64,000 nucleotides of DNA from Podarcis bocagei (lineage: Eukaryota): assembly GCA_964188305.1 (NCBI GenBank), contig OZ076889.1. One strand, written 5' to 3'. A program made the translations under genes and the position numbers. Shown here in pieces: positions 49,021 through 61,942 of this stretch. Within the stretch, counting starts at the first letter, position 1. Every line of letters begins with the position of its first letter. Under the pieces are notes generated by a model. That model was not told the origin of the DNA. It ran no database searches and saw only the letters and a program-made list of their open reading frames with translations.

Positions 49021-50869
49021 TGTCCAACAGTGGCAATAAGGATACAGCCACTTAGATGAATGGGATGATACAGTGAAGTCTGGCGACACTAGCAGGGCAC
49101 ATCTGTAACAACAGACTGGCATGGCAGTCAGCCGAGAATCAAATCCATGCTGGTTTAAGTTTTGGGTAGTGCCCAAGGAATGTAGGGAGATGCTGCTCCC
49201 TATAACTCACTGTTCTCCCTTTGGGCTTAGTCTCCACTGCTACCCAGACAAAAAGGGCAGATGAGCACACAAGAAGCTGCAGTTTCCTTCTGCTGTCTCC
49301 CCTTGTTTGCTGGTGCTCCCCTCTCCCTGGACCACAGGGACAGAGTAGGTGAGCAAGTGGCAGTGGCAAGCAGGAATTTCTACTGCAGAATTACTGTGGA
49401 GAGTGGGAGAGCCAATCCACTCAACACGGCTACTTTGAATCGGACTACTGTTTTTATCCATTCATAGCATTTACCTTTTATTTTAAATTCCGCATATCGT
49501 AACTGGCAGTTTTCTCCAGGGAAAGTTGTGGGTATTAGAAGTATCAAATGGAGTAATAAAATAACTTGAAGCCCAAAGAGATTTAAAAAGCTTTTAAAAC
49601 GTAAGCAGTTATGAAATCAGTATTAAGGGCTACAGACCCCATTTGATCTCTGCAGAAAATGCAAGAGTAAATAGGCCTTAATCATCATACATCCATTATG
49701 ATATTGCTTCAGACTACATTAGCTAAAAAATACTATTCTGTGAAATACCTTGCAATAATATAGGCATATACACTTATTTATTGTAATTTGAATGTGAATG
49801 ATATATATTTTTTTTAAAGCATTAGAGCTCAACTGACTGGTCATGGTAAGGTTTGTATACTTCCATTTTAACAGAGCTGATTGGCAGAGAGCAAGAAATA
49901 ACTTTTCTGACTTTGAGTCCCTCCAGTTGTCCTTCTGTTACGCATTCATATGATCTGCGCTCATGATGGTATCAGGAAAGTTAGACACAATCCCATTTTC
50001 AATACTATTTGGACCTGCAGATGTTTTGGGGTGGGAGTGCTGGTTTTTTTCAATCACTGCATGCCCTGTAGCTGCCTGCTGAAATCCTGTGATGTTTTAT
50101 ATCACAAATGTTCTGGAAGGTGGTCTTTTTGGGTCCTGTTTTTGATGCACTGTATTTTTATTATTATTTCAACTTATATCCTACCCTTGTTCCCAAAGGA
50201 GCCCAGGGTGGCCAGAGTGCCCCTCCAGACAGCAATAATATGATAACATTGGGGAAGCATCACATGACAGCTAATAAAGCAGAATGATGTGTGGACAGTC
50301 TGGTACAAATCCACTGCTGATGCACTATTATAATGTCGGTGGCATGTTGTAGAACACCTCACCCCAAATAAAACTGCCTAGATGAGCCCACTGCGAGCTA
50401 TAATAAAGTTGTAGTCTAATTAACCTTAGTGTCAGTCCCCTATTTTGCTTCTGTGATAGGATAACAATACTGAATTGCGTATTATTGAAGTTTTGAGGAA
50501 AGTAGTTTTGGATGCTGTTGCACTGAAAACCATAAGTTATAAGAAATGAGCTGTACATAAACATATTTCAAGTAGCGTCAGAACTTCCAATTTTATTAAT
50601 AGTTTCCCAGGATACAGAGAAACCAAATGGTAGTTAAAGCAATTGTCTTAAACAGAAATTCAGCAGAGATGCAGAATAAAGTGGAGAGTGCCTGATGTTA
50701 GAAGAATTTACCCCCTTTAAACACAGAGCAACTATAGCAGTAGATCTAAGCACACAGGGTTGTGTAGGACCACAAACGTGGATCTCTTACATAGCAGTTC
50801 TTCATTTGGTGAGCAAGGCCTGAGAGCCAGGGGTCCCCACTCTACTCTTGGCTGAGATGTTCATTATGA

Positions 50870-51285
50870 CCTAGTGCTTCCCAAACTTTCCCCTCCATAG
50901 ACCATTTGAAAATTGCTGAGGCCTTGGCAAATGACTGAGTGATTTGTTTTCCTGCCTGCTGTAGCTGCTGTGATACGCTGCAGTAGATGCTGCACGATAT
51001 TTTTAATCGCTTGTTTATTGCTTCTTTTCATTGCAATTGTAATATTATAAAATACAAAATAGGAAATAAAATCCCCATATTTCATTTTATTATATTAAAC
51101 TTTGAATTCTATGAAATTGAATTTTGTAATGCAAAAATAAGTAAGACGTAAAAGAAGTAAAAGAAGCAATAAGAATAGAATTAAAAATTAATATGAATAT
51201 TTAGTGCGGACATGCCTCAGACCACCTGAATGAAACTTATGGACAACTGGTGGTCCATGACTGGCCGTTCTGTTTGGGATGAATG
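50870..51285. mobile_element. Degraded hAT-like non-autonomous element
   Basis: Left end TAGTGCTTCCCAAACTTT and right end GTGGTCCA...GTTTGGGA, with an AT-rich interior. TSD not recognisable. Confidence 0.45.
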
Positions 51286-54200
51286 TGCTAGCAACAGAAT
51301 ATTCAGAAACAGTACTGTTTCTTTGAGTGTGGAGTAAATCTCAGTTTGCGGAGAGAGAATTAATACAGTGCTCTGAGAAAGAAGGAGCTATTTGTTGGAA
51401 GGATGAATGTGAGCAGATAAGGGAGATTCTTTATGGTGGTAGTGGTCAAAGTGACCAAAACAGGGAAGGCAAAGAGTGGAGGCAGAATAATTTAGCATAT
51501 TGATTTTATCAAGAGACATACTGGGCTGCAGGCCAACCAGTTAAGATTTGTTATTATATAGGGACTTGGGGGAAGGGCTCCACAAATGAAGCTTAATTGA
51601 CGTGGGGCTGGGGGCGCTAGTTTCTGGGAAATAAGATTCTGCTGTCTTTGAATCCTGTCTAAGACTTCTATCATTAATTTGACTTTTTAGCTTAAGGTGG
51701 CAGATAATGTTTAAAGGCACATCCAGTATCATCATCTTCAGTGGCTGCTGTTAGGCATGGGGGGGGGGGAACGGGACCTCTCACTCTGCAGGGTACTAGA
51801 AACTTGAAAGAACAGGGTACAGTTTGGAGTGTGTGTGAATCTGCACAGCTCCATAGATGTCAGTGGAGGTGATGTCAATGAAACATAACATAAAAGCTGG
51901 ACTAACATTAAAAGAAACAAGCCCTGGATTGCTAGAAGCTCATTTTGGGAAAGGGTTAGCTCTCAGGTTTTATTTTGATTGTGAGCATAAATACCAAATG
52001 CCCTAGAAGCAAAAGTACAATGTATTGTCTATTTCACTGGGGCTGCATCTTATCTCGAACAATTTCCCAAGTGTGCCAAATGATCGCATTACAAAGCAGG
52101 AGCTCAGAGAAAGGAAGCCGGCAGCCGATACAGACTCGACACTAAGATGGGTGCACTCTTGCCACATACTTCAACAGAAAGCACTCAAAAGATTTGCTCG
52201 GAAATAAGAACAGAGATCTTGGCAGTGCAATTGCATTTGCTTCTCTAGGAAAATGCTGCCCAGATAACATTCCATACAACTCTGGAATGTGCTTATGTCT
52301 TTCTGATTGCACTGTAAATCTAACTCCGTCTTAAAGACTGGCTCTGCCCCCCCCCACCTTTCGTTGTCCCCCACCAACAAAATGGTTTTATGTTGTCAAA
52401 TCCCTCTTCCTCCCCCTCCCTGCCTCCTAGTCCCTCTCACCACTTTATGACTTTTTGCCAATGGTAAATGTTATTAACTCTCCCTGAATGCCGTTGGGTA
52501 AAGCTGTGAGAGCAACTCCAGCAAATTAACAAAGCCGGTCAAATTAGATTAGCCACCACTGAATGGGGCCTCCACAAAAGAGGAGACACTTCTTAGCTTC
52601 CAGCTTCATTACTGCTCGACCTGCCATGCTTCAAAACTTGGGTGTCATGTGCATGAAGCCACCCGTGGCTTTTAAAGTAGGAATTGATCTTCAAGAAAGG
52701 GAAAAATGCTAGGACAGGAACAATGAGAGGGGCAATTATTTTGCTCTTCTTGAGCCTTGGATGTGAAAACAGACTGGGGAACAATAGAAACAATAGAGTT
52801 ATTGTTCTCTATTCATGAGCTGTCATGTGACTCCCAATGGGCCACAATAGGGCCCATTTCCTTTTGGAAATGACTTGAGATTCTCACACACTTTTAATGC
52901 ATTGTCATTTTGTGAAGGGTGGCAATTGCACATTTATGGAGCTATTAACTGTGGGTTGATGAATTCTTTATTTTCTAATATATACTGCTGAGTTTTGCCA
53001 TATGCACATAAAATGTTTATTTAGGATTATATAGGCTGAGCAGAGACAAGGGAGAAACATCTGGAATCAAATCTATGTGGCTGATTTAAAATAACAGTCT
53101 CCCCCACCCCATCACCACCTCATCGAAATTCTATTCAGGGAAATCCTATCTAAGCAAAGCAAGAACATCATGTTTTTTCTTGCAATGAAGCTGCATCTGT
53201 CCTAAAAGGCACATATTCCCCTAGGACTCATTAGGTCTTCTTGTATATGATAAGAAATGGGGCACATTACAGTGGTAGATTCTGATCCTTTCAGCCGTCG
53301 TCGTTTAAGACACTCAGCTAGAATTGGGGGATATGTAAAAAGCAGACAGATGACCGTGAAACTTGGTGTTGGGATCAAAAATGGAAGGTTCAGAAGATCT
53401 GCTTGGCACTTACATAGTTTCTTATTTCTGATTATGAATATGGTGGACTAATATTCTGACTCCTTATAAGGCGGCTACAGGTGGTTGTTTTTGTTGATGT
53501 GTCTGTGTGTGTTTTAAATGGATCCTAGGCTTGAGGGTGGATGAATTTGCAAGCAAATTACGATCCAGGGCACATTGTTTGGCAGAGTGAGGTGGCCATC
53601 TTAGGTGGCAGATGCTGGAGGCGGAGAGTGGCAGTGAGGTGTTGAAGGACAGAACTGGGCCACATGGCCTGCCCTGGATCTTCTAAGCTAGCCTGCTACC
53701 CTCAGGTGCACTGGAGAATATTGTCCTGTTAGCAGTAATAAAATAACATTCATGGATGAAAGAATGAAAAGATTTGTGTTTTATTTGCCATTTCCTATTA
53801 AAAACCCAAACCGAAGACACTCTTTTAGGAAACACAAGCATCTGATGACATCTCACCCCAAAGCCGCAACTGGGCTGTCTACCATTAAATTTAAACTTCA
53901 GATTCATTTTGAGAATTTCCTACAGCTCATTAAGAGCTACTTAAAATTTTAACTATTAAAAATTTAGGAACACTTTCTTTTTTTAATTCAGGTTGCCTGA
54001 AATTTTAATATCTGCTTAATTTTTAATCTGAGCCCTGACATGCATAAGGAAATGCAAAACCTGTTCTCTTAACAAATATGCAAAGATGTAGATTTCATAT
54101 ACTGTAATGGAGTAGCTCATTCTGCCCTCCACCACATAATTATTAGCAGACACATTCCAGCTTTTGGTTTTCTTTCTACAGATTTTTAAAAGGTGCAGGT

Positions 54201-54752
54201 TACATTGCAATATTTTTAAGTAGCCCCGTTCTGTCTGCTCTGTGATGTACTGAGGGTGTACTTACAGGAGTACACCACTATTACATTACAAGGTATGTCA
54301 AATGATTTTCATTCTCCAATTTTTTTTCTTTGCCTAATTAACAAGGAACTGAATTTGATCTTCTTTCTGTTAAAAAAAATTAAAAAAATCTCCCAGCAAA
54401 CGTAGTTTTAAAACATCTGCATCTCTTCTTGGCACATTGTATCTGTATTGTGTGTTTTTTTTAAAAAAAACCAACCCAAAACATTTACAGTGTGAAGTCC
54501 GACATTCTAGGAGATGATGACGGCACCTTGTCCCTAAGATTTGCCCTGAATATAAAACACATAAAGTTAAAAGTATGAATTAGAGAAAGGATGGTGAATC
54601 TGTGGCTTTCCAGATGTTGTGGAAGTACAACTCCTGTCATCCATGGCAGTTGTATGCTGGCTGTGTTTGATAAGAACTAGAATACAACAACACTTGGTAG
54701 GGGGGCACGGGTTCCCCTATTAGATGAAAGTTAAATTACCATGAATATAGGC

Positions 54753-54806
54753 AACCAAACCAAACCAAACCAAACCAAACCAAACCAAACCAAACCAAAC
54801 CAAACC
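54753..54806. repeat. (AAACC)n pentanucleotide microsatellite
   Basis: Direct observation. Confidence 0.95.
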
Positions 54807-54904
54807 CAAAGACATCATTATTGTGCTTTTTGTCATCCTTCAGATGAGATGGGAAAGTTTCTTTCCATGAACGACCTTAAGTAAACTTATCTTAGGAGCT
54901 AAGA

Positions 54905-55045
54905 TTGGTTTGTTATTGGTTTGTTTTGTTTTTGTTTTGTTTTTTAAATTTTATCTTGTATTTTGTGAACTGCCATGAGACCTATGGATGAAGGGCGGTA
55001 TACAAATTTGTAATGATGATGATGATGGTGATAATAATAAATTTA
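54905..55045 (+). mobile_element. L2 3' terminal fragment with (ATG/ATA)n tail
   Basis: TGTGAACTGCCATGAGACCTATGGATGAAGGGCGGTATACAAATTT followed by ATG/ATA triplets. The reverse complement of the same motif is at 3739-3785. Confidence 0.65.
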
Positions 55046-56619
55046 ATTTTATTACGATGGGTGCATATTGCTGAAAACAGCACCAGGGGCTTGCCCCAGT
55101 GGTGCAATTCAAACTACAGTACTGTATTTCACAGTATGGGTTCAAAGCCCTGTATTTTAGGAATTGGAATCCATTTACCTAGTCAAGGGCCACAGAAAAC
55201 TACTTGACAGGTAGCATTCCATATGTGATCTGTTATCCCCTCATACACTCAGGTCCTTCTAACCTCTGACTGCTTTGTATCTTCAGTGGTTTTAGATACA
55301 TGACATTTCTCCGCCCCCCCCCCCCCGCTCTGTTTTTCTACCTGATCACTTTTGTTTGTGTGATAATGAGTAGGTAATCATTGTAAAATGCATTTGTAGC
55401 TAAATGAGTAATTCGGTTTTTCCCCCCTTCAATTTTCTGTATTAGAGTGAAGCTGCTTTTTCGAGCACTTATTAAGAAATGCTCACAAAGGGTAAAGGCA
55501 AACTGGTAGTTAAATTGAGGTGGGGAATGAAGCTCACATTAAGGGCATCATTTGTATAAGATACCACAGCGGAAAAGCACATGTAAAAGGAAACAAAAGC
55601 ATAATATAGATGGACCATATTTGTAGGTCCTGAGTGGGGAAAAATCAAGATAAAATAGTAAATGGAGAATAGCTTTTTAGCATTAGCAAAAAAGCAACGT
55701 GACGCAAAGATTCTGCTATTGAACAACAACTTCTAATTTGTGCCCATTATCTTGCCACCACATGTGGCACAAATAAATTGTTCTTCTCCTAGAAATGGGC
55801 TATATACTCAGCTTCATGACCTCCATGCATCGTGCAACCTAGATTTACACTGAGGGGGGTGGGAGACAGCCAAACATGATTAGCAGACTCTAACACATGT
55901 CAGTAATATAAATGGATTCTCCATGTGGAAACAGGCTGCTTTTTATTTTTATTTTTTAGCTATCTACAGAGTTTTTCCCCTCAAAGTTATACGTGCATAG
56001 ATCAGAAACCAATGCTTGATAAAAAATACCTAGACAACTTTTAAAAAATACTCAGGGTGGCATTTTTTAAAGTGGGCATTGCCTTAACTGAAATGAGTAG
56101 CAAGTTCCTGGTTCAAGCAGTTACATGACAAGATTGCTGAGAAAGGTGAATCTGGGATGTAGTTTTATATCCATCCGGTCATGAGATGTTCAGTTTCTTT
56201 GTTTTGTTTTGCTCACCACAACCTTCCCCCCCCCCTTCTGAGGAAAATTTAACCATAAAAGTTATTAATGCTGTCACTAGTGTAGATATTTGTCTCCTGC
56301 TCATGATATTATTCCAGCCATGTATCAAACACGTTTCCTTGTCTTTGACCAGAGTTCGCAGATTTTACTGCTCTGTATGAAGATCTCCTTGCTGAACAGA
56401 TGAGGTTGCAGTCAGTTTTAGCTGTGCTGTTCAGTTGCTGACTGCACTAACCATTATTGTAGTAGGTGTGCCTAAAGCCTCACTCCAGCAGATGATCTCC
56501 AATCCACATGGTGACCTAAGTTTCACCAGACATAGCCGCATCTGTTTGCATCGGACATGGAATGAGGCAAAGACCACCTGTCTTAGTGACCTAAGGTGTA
56601 ACTTGACCCAGGACTATCC

Positions 56620-56990
56620 TGTATCTAGAGATAAACAAATCTGTCAATTTCAGCTTTTCTTCATTTCTCATTTTTTCTGGCCTTAAGTTTATATTACCAT
56701 ATTTCTGTGTGAATTTTTGGATTTTTTAAAAGTCCTCATGAAAATTCACCAGGATTTTAGTAAAGGTTTTGTTTTCTGATGTAACATTTTTACAAGCAAT
56801 TTTTCCATACCGGTATGATATTTTCACTAATATATGCATTTTTATGTATACTGTCTGCTAATATACACATTTTTGTACACAGCATTTGATTGGTAGAGAT
56901 GCACCACTAAATTCAGAGAAGTCTGCATTTCAAAGGATAGTTGCAATTTAGTTCTTTCAGGAAGCAAATTAAATAGGTTTTCCTTAAAAT
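56620..56990. mobile_element. Second copy of the ~360-bp AT-rich repeat
   Basis: Similarity by eye to 23865-24225. Confidence 0.65.
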
Positions 56991-57242
56991 GCAAAACTCT
57001 ATCCCATTGTTTGTTGTTTCATGGACAACTTTCCCCATACTTTTGACATTGCTAAAGAGCCAAATCAAGGAAAAGGAAATGGGCCTGTAGCGATAACACT
57101 CTGAATCTTGCAAGGTGGACTGTTATAATAAAATCTCTTAGCTAGGATCCAAACCAAAGCATCACTATGTGCACAGAAGCAGTTCTGTGTACACACCAAG
57201 GTGCTTCAGGTATTCTGTTTTGTCAATTCCAGGGCATTCCCA

Positions 57243-57455
57243 TTACTATTTATATGCTCCCCATCTGACTGGGTTGCCCCAGCCACTCTGGGCCGCTTCC
57301 AACAAAATATTTAAACACAAAAAAACGTTAAAACATTAAACATCCCCTTCAGATGTCTTCTAAAAGTCAGATAGATGTTTATTTCCTTTACATCTGATGG
57401 GAGGGCGTTCCACAGGGCGGGCGCAGCTACCGAAAAATAACCTCTGCCTGGTTAT
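57243..57455 (-). mobile_element. L2 LINE 3' fragment, same subfamily as the 22.4-22.8 kb copy
   Basis: Shares GGGTTGCCC..GCCAC.CTGGG, CCTTCAGAT.TCTT.TAAAAGTCAGAT and ACATCTG.TGGGAGGGCGTTC with the 22.5 kb copy. Confidence 0.8.
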
Positions 57456-57679
57456 GTGTCTTTGAGAAAGAAGACTTCATAAATTGAGTCGCACATGGAA
57501 CAACAAGTCCTTTACCAGCATTTCATTTCAACAAGGCACTGATGAACAATATACCAGAACTTCCCTTGCACTCTTTTGAGATGGGTGTGGGTTGGCCTGA
57601 AAGCTGGCATCATCATCTGGTATCTGTAGGAAGCTACCAGGGCCTCAACACCCTGGCGAGGCCCACATAAAAATGTATT

Positions 57680-58050
57680 CTTTTATTAATTAATTAAAAT
57701 TATATCCCCTTCCTCCCAAAGGAGCCAAGGGTGGAAAACACATAAGCGATTAAACAGTTAGAACATCCGAATACATATTCAATAAAATTCCAATACAGAT
57801 GCAAACTGGGAAAGACCTCTACTTAAAAGTCTTGCTGGCAGAGGAAGTTCTTTAGGAAGCACCAAAAAGGCAACGGTACCTACCTAATATTGATGGGGGC
57901 GGGGATTCCAGAGGGCAGGTGCCGTGACGCTAAAGGTGTGATTCCTATGTTGTGTGGAAAGGGACTTCCTGATAATATGGTATCTGCTGCAGAAGGCAGC
58001 AGAATCTCCTGCAGGGGGCAATGATCAATCGGATACATGATTGGGTGAGA
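57680..58050 (-). mobile_element. Degraded L2-like LINE 3' fragment (different subfamily)
   Basis: Tail-like CCCTTCCTCCCAAAGGAGCC.AGGGTGG (similar sequence at ~50180-50212) and GGGATTCCAGAGGGCAGGTGCC, the reverse complement of an AP.LWN-coding segment. Confidence 0.6.
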
Positions 58051-60874
58051 TGCTCTTTTCAGCCCTGGGCCAACTTTCCCCCCGCCCTGGTCCTGTGCTC
58101 TAACAGCAGCTCCATCTAGTTGCCATTTTAATTTCCTACAATGCTTCCCGGCATCACAGGGAAATTGTGGGCACTTTACATGGCAGATCCCAGCCACTGC
58201 TTCTGCTTGGAGCAGTGCCAGAGGCCTGAAACATGGAGTTGCACAAACCAGGGTGCTCTGAGATTTGTATGCACGAGAACACGGAACAGTCACAAAGAGC
58301 AATGAGTCCTCCCCTTAATATATATTTTTTTTAAATCCTCCTTTTCTCCTTTTAAATACTCTGACTTTTTCCTTTCCATTTCATTTCTCACAGTTTGTCA
58401 GGGAGGTTATGACACTTCAGCAGGTATTCTGTGCGAAATGGTCTGGGCCATTTATACTTTTCACAGTGGCTCCTTCCCCATTCCTCAAGCTAGATAAGGA
58501 AACAAAAGAGCCATTGTTGCTTCCAATCACAAGCCAATGGAGGGGGGGGGGGACGGGACACATACAGGTTTATAGACATTTGTTTTCGTTTTTTGAAAAA
58601 GAAAATCTCATATCCCCTGTATACTGTTGTTAGATTAAGAGGAAAGGTAACAGGAATAATGGAGAGAATGTTTGCAGGAAAAAACGGCATTTTGCAGCAC
58701 TCAGTGTTACAAATATTGGTGATTTTTAAATTTAAGTTGCTATTTTTCAGATGCTAACTGAAACGGAGTCATCAGGAAACTATCACCATTCAGATACAAT
58801 TAAAAAATATTTGCCAGATGTCACTGCTGATTCAGTTAATACGTGTATGGATTTTAATGACTGTGTGTAGAATTTCATGTTTTCCTGGAAGCACAAGCAT
58901 TTCTATGTGATGACGTTTCAGTAGAAAGGAATTAATATCTTTTGGGGGATAAAAGGTGTCTTTTCAGAATGTATCATTGGTGCATACTGCCATTTGTGTA
59001 TTATTTTTCAGCATTTTTACTAAGAGCTGCCTTTTGCTTTGTGCATCCTGCCCCTGCAAAGTACTTAATATCTTTGCCAATATAGCATCCAGGTTCTGCA
59101 ACTTCTTGCCTAGGGAAGCCCACCTTGCCCCTTCCCTGATGGCTTTTTGATGTAGTATGGGCCACAGCTAGGACCACAGCATGCAATGAAAGGAATTAGA
59201 GCTGTCTAATCGAGTTTGTGCAGCACATACGAAATGAAGGTATGGAAGAGAGCACTGGTACAGAAAGCCCAAAGGGAGCTCCCATGGTACGTTCTCAGTT
59301 GTTCTCAGTTTTCCCCGGCAACAATAGAGTTCACAGGCTTAGATGGCATGAATCATGTGTTAGTTGTTTTGTATTCCCAAGAATACTAGTCCTTGATCAG
59401 ACAGCGAGAAGTTGCCTCCTTGTGCTCTGAGAAATAATAGCAGTTCAAGGTCTAGGAGAAGGATTGGTTCATACAATCTGACAATCCTGCATGCGGCTAC
59501 TTTGGTGAGAGAATTTATGGGTTTCAGAAACAAGGAAGGAAGGAAAAATAAGTGGTTCCATGTTGTGGATTTTAGAATGAGCTTCCCTCCCACTAATACA
59601 TGTAGTGATGTTTGAAATGAGTCATCAATTGCTGAGTAGAAAACACATGCACTTGGCTCATTGCAGGTCATATAAAGGTGGCACCCATTCACAGGCCCAG
59701 GGCCAAACTTGACTAGAAATCAATTGTATGTGCGGGAGCCCTGATTCGGACTGGGACCCTGGCGGCAGCGGCAGTGGGGAGGGGTAGAGAGGGGTTACCC
59801 TTTTGCCCCCTGCAGTTCTGATCTAGAATGGGGGGGGGGCTGTGCTTGCCGTTTTGAGTTGTACATTTTGAGTGCCTATTGCAGTCAAATGGAAGTTTTC
59901 TCCTCAATGGGAATTGCACTTGTGGGGTCCTCTGTACAGACTGGGACTGTTGTGGGAGAGTGGGGCCAAAGTGTTAAAACTACCTGCCTCCCACACCAGA
60001 GTCTTGATCAGGTTAGGTCCCTTGCAAATGGATGATGATGATGTTGATTACTATTAAGCCCGTCACATTGCCAATTATGTGACTGGTAAATTAATCCAGT
60101 TGGATTAATAATCTGTATCTTGAAAAAAGAGTACTCTATCACGCTGGATTTTCTGACTGTAATAAACATCAGCATTTATTCTTCAACAGCTAAAGTACAA
60201 AAAGGATGTCTTTTGGAAACTGATAATAACCAGGTATATATTTTAACATACTTTCATTGCATTGCCTCTGGGTAAAGTTCTGTTCACTGTTTCCATTAAC
60301 CTTTCTAGAGTATTTAACTTGGTTTTCAGTTATAACGTCAACACCCTTTGCTTAAACTGATTTCATGGCATAAGAAGCGTTATTTTGTTCACAAGAGAGT
60401 GCAGTACATTGAAAGCAGAAGTGTTCATCAGTGTTGCCCTCTTGACTGGTGTTAGTCCAATGTCATTTTAAAAGGAACCTGCGCTGCCTGGGTTGATTTG
60501 AAACAGACATTTGCTAGAGTGTTGGGCCGCGAAAACTGTGTCAAGTCTAGAATGAAAATGATCATCTAGTGCTTACAGGCAACCTATATCCTCCTATGTG
60601 TGGAGGATTCTTTGGGAATCAGAGTTGCCATTAGGCTGCCGTTAGAATTTTGAGACTGTCCATTTTGTGCTTTTTTAAAGGAGACTTGCTACTCTTCATT
60701 GTTGCAGGTGCAAATTTGAATTTTGTGGCAAATGGGCCAAATGACGAGATTCTTAAATAGTGCGGGTGCATATCCAAGAGCTTGGGGCATTTGCATAATA
60801 TAAATGCTTCCAGTTAGCTACAAGCTTCAAGAATGTTTCCAAAAGGAAGCACTTTCAGTGGTGTGTTGATGTGT

Positions 60875-61020
60875 GGGACAGTTGGTTAGTGGGAAAGCAC
60901 ACACAATGCACATGGGAGGTCTGTGGTTCAATTCCTATAGAGTAGTGGTGGCGAACCTTTTAGAGACCGAGTGCCCAAACTGCAATCCAAAACCCACTTA
61001 TTTCACACAAAGTGCCCTGA
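60875..61020 (+). mobile_element. tRNA-like SINE head directly followed by one end of a hAT-type element
   Basis: TTAGTGG.AAAGCAC...GGAGGTC.GTGGTTCAATTCC (60875-60936), then TAGTGGTGGCGAACCTTT...GAGTGCCCAAACTGC from 60943, resembling a CAGTG..GGCGAACCT hAT terminus. No opposite TIR seen. Confidence 0.5.
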
Positions 61021-61232
61021 ATTGTTGAGCTTTTTTTTGGGGGGGAGGGGGTTGCACACTGTTGTTGAACTTTAATTGAGGGGAATGCCGAGAGTTGTGG
61101 GGCTTTTTTTGGAGGGGGGGATGTTAATCCTGGGCAGGATGGAACCATGCCCTGAGTTCATATATAAAGCAACTGCCCATGATTCATACACAGGCATGAA
61201 TTAATGCAGCAGCTTTCCTGGTTTACTTCTGT

Positions 61233-61233
<1 letters not shown>

Positions 61234-61268
<35 letters not shown>
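61234..61268. repeat. (CA)n microsatellite
   Basis: Direct observation. Confidence 0.95.
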
Positions 61269-61270
<2 letters not shown>

Positions 61271-61547
61271 CTGAACATCTGCAACAAGACCACATTACCC
61301 CTTTCCCTAGCATAAGGTATGTTGGTTGGTTGCTTTCAAATAGATCTGAGATGAAGGTGGGGACTAGAGAAATGTCTCCTGATGTGACAAAGGCACTGAT
61401 GCCACCCTAAAGATTAACATGTCTGAAGATGCAGTTGCATGTTAGACAAGGATCAAGGCACTGAAGTTAAAAACTTGGGAGTCAATTATCTACATATTTA
61501 CCTGGAAGAGAGGTCCCACTGAATGTGGAATGGGGCTTACTTCCGAG

Positions 61548-61942
61548 TAGGGATGGGGAGAAATTCAATTCAGTTCACATATAACAGCAAATGTATCACA
61601 TTTTGAAACAGTATGAGAACCAAAACACAGCCATCCTTTAAAATTCACACTTCTCCAAATTTTGTGACGTAGTTCCCCAAACAATGTTTACAATGAAAAT
61701 ATTAATGGAAAGAACATAAACAAGTGCACTGTTTTAAAATAATTGCTTGCAAAAGTGTGTCCATTAGTCAAAACTGTGTACATAAATGTGTTTATTCAGA
61801 GAAATTCAAAGCAAAATGCTGATCAGTTCTAATGACCCCCCCCCCACACCTCAATTGTAAATTGCTGTAGAAATGCGAAGAATTGAATTTGGGGAAAGGA
61901 GAAATTGAGAGTAGAGAAACTGACAGATCCTTCCATTCCTAC
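61548..61942. mobile_element. Third (inverted) copy of the ~360-bp AT-rich repeat
   Basis: Begins TAGGGATGGGGAGAAATTC..TTCAGTT, matching the reverse complement of the 24200-24225 end. Ends ...CCATTCCTA. Confidence 0.62.

Noticed and set aside
33116-52093. Identical 13-mer TGATCGCATTACA at 33116-33128 and 52081-52093
   Set aside because: Some 13-bp matches are expected by chance within 64 kb, and the flanks do not extend the match.
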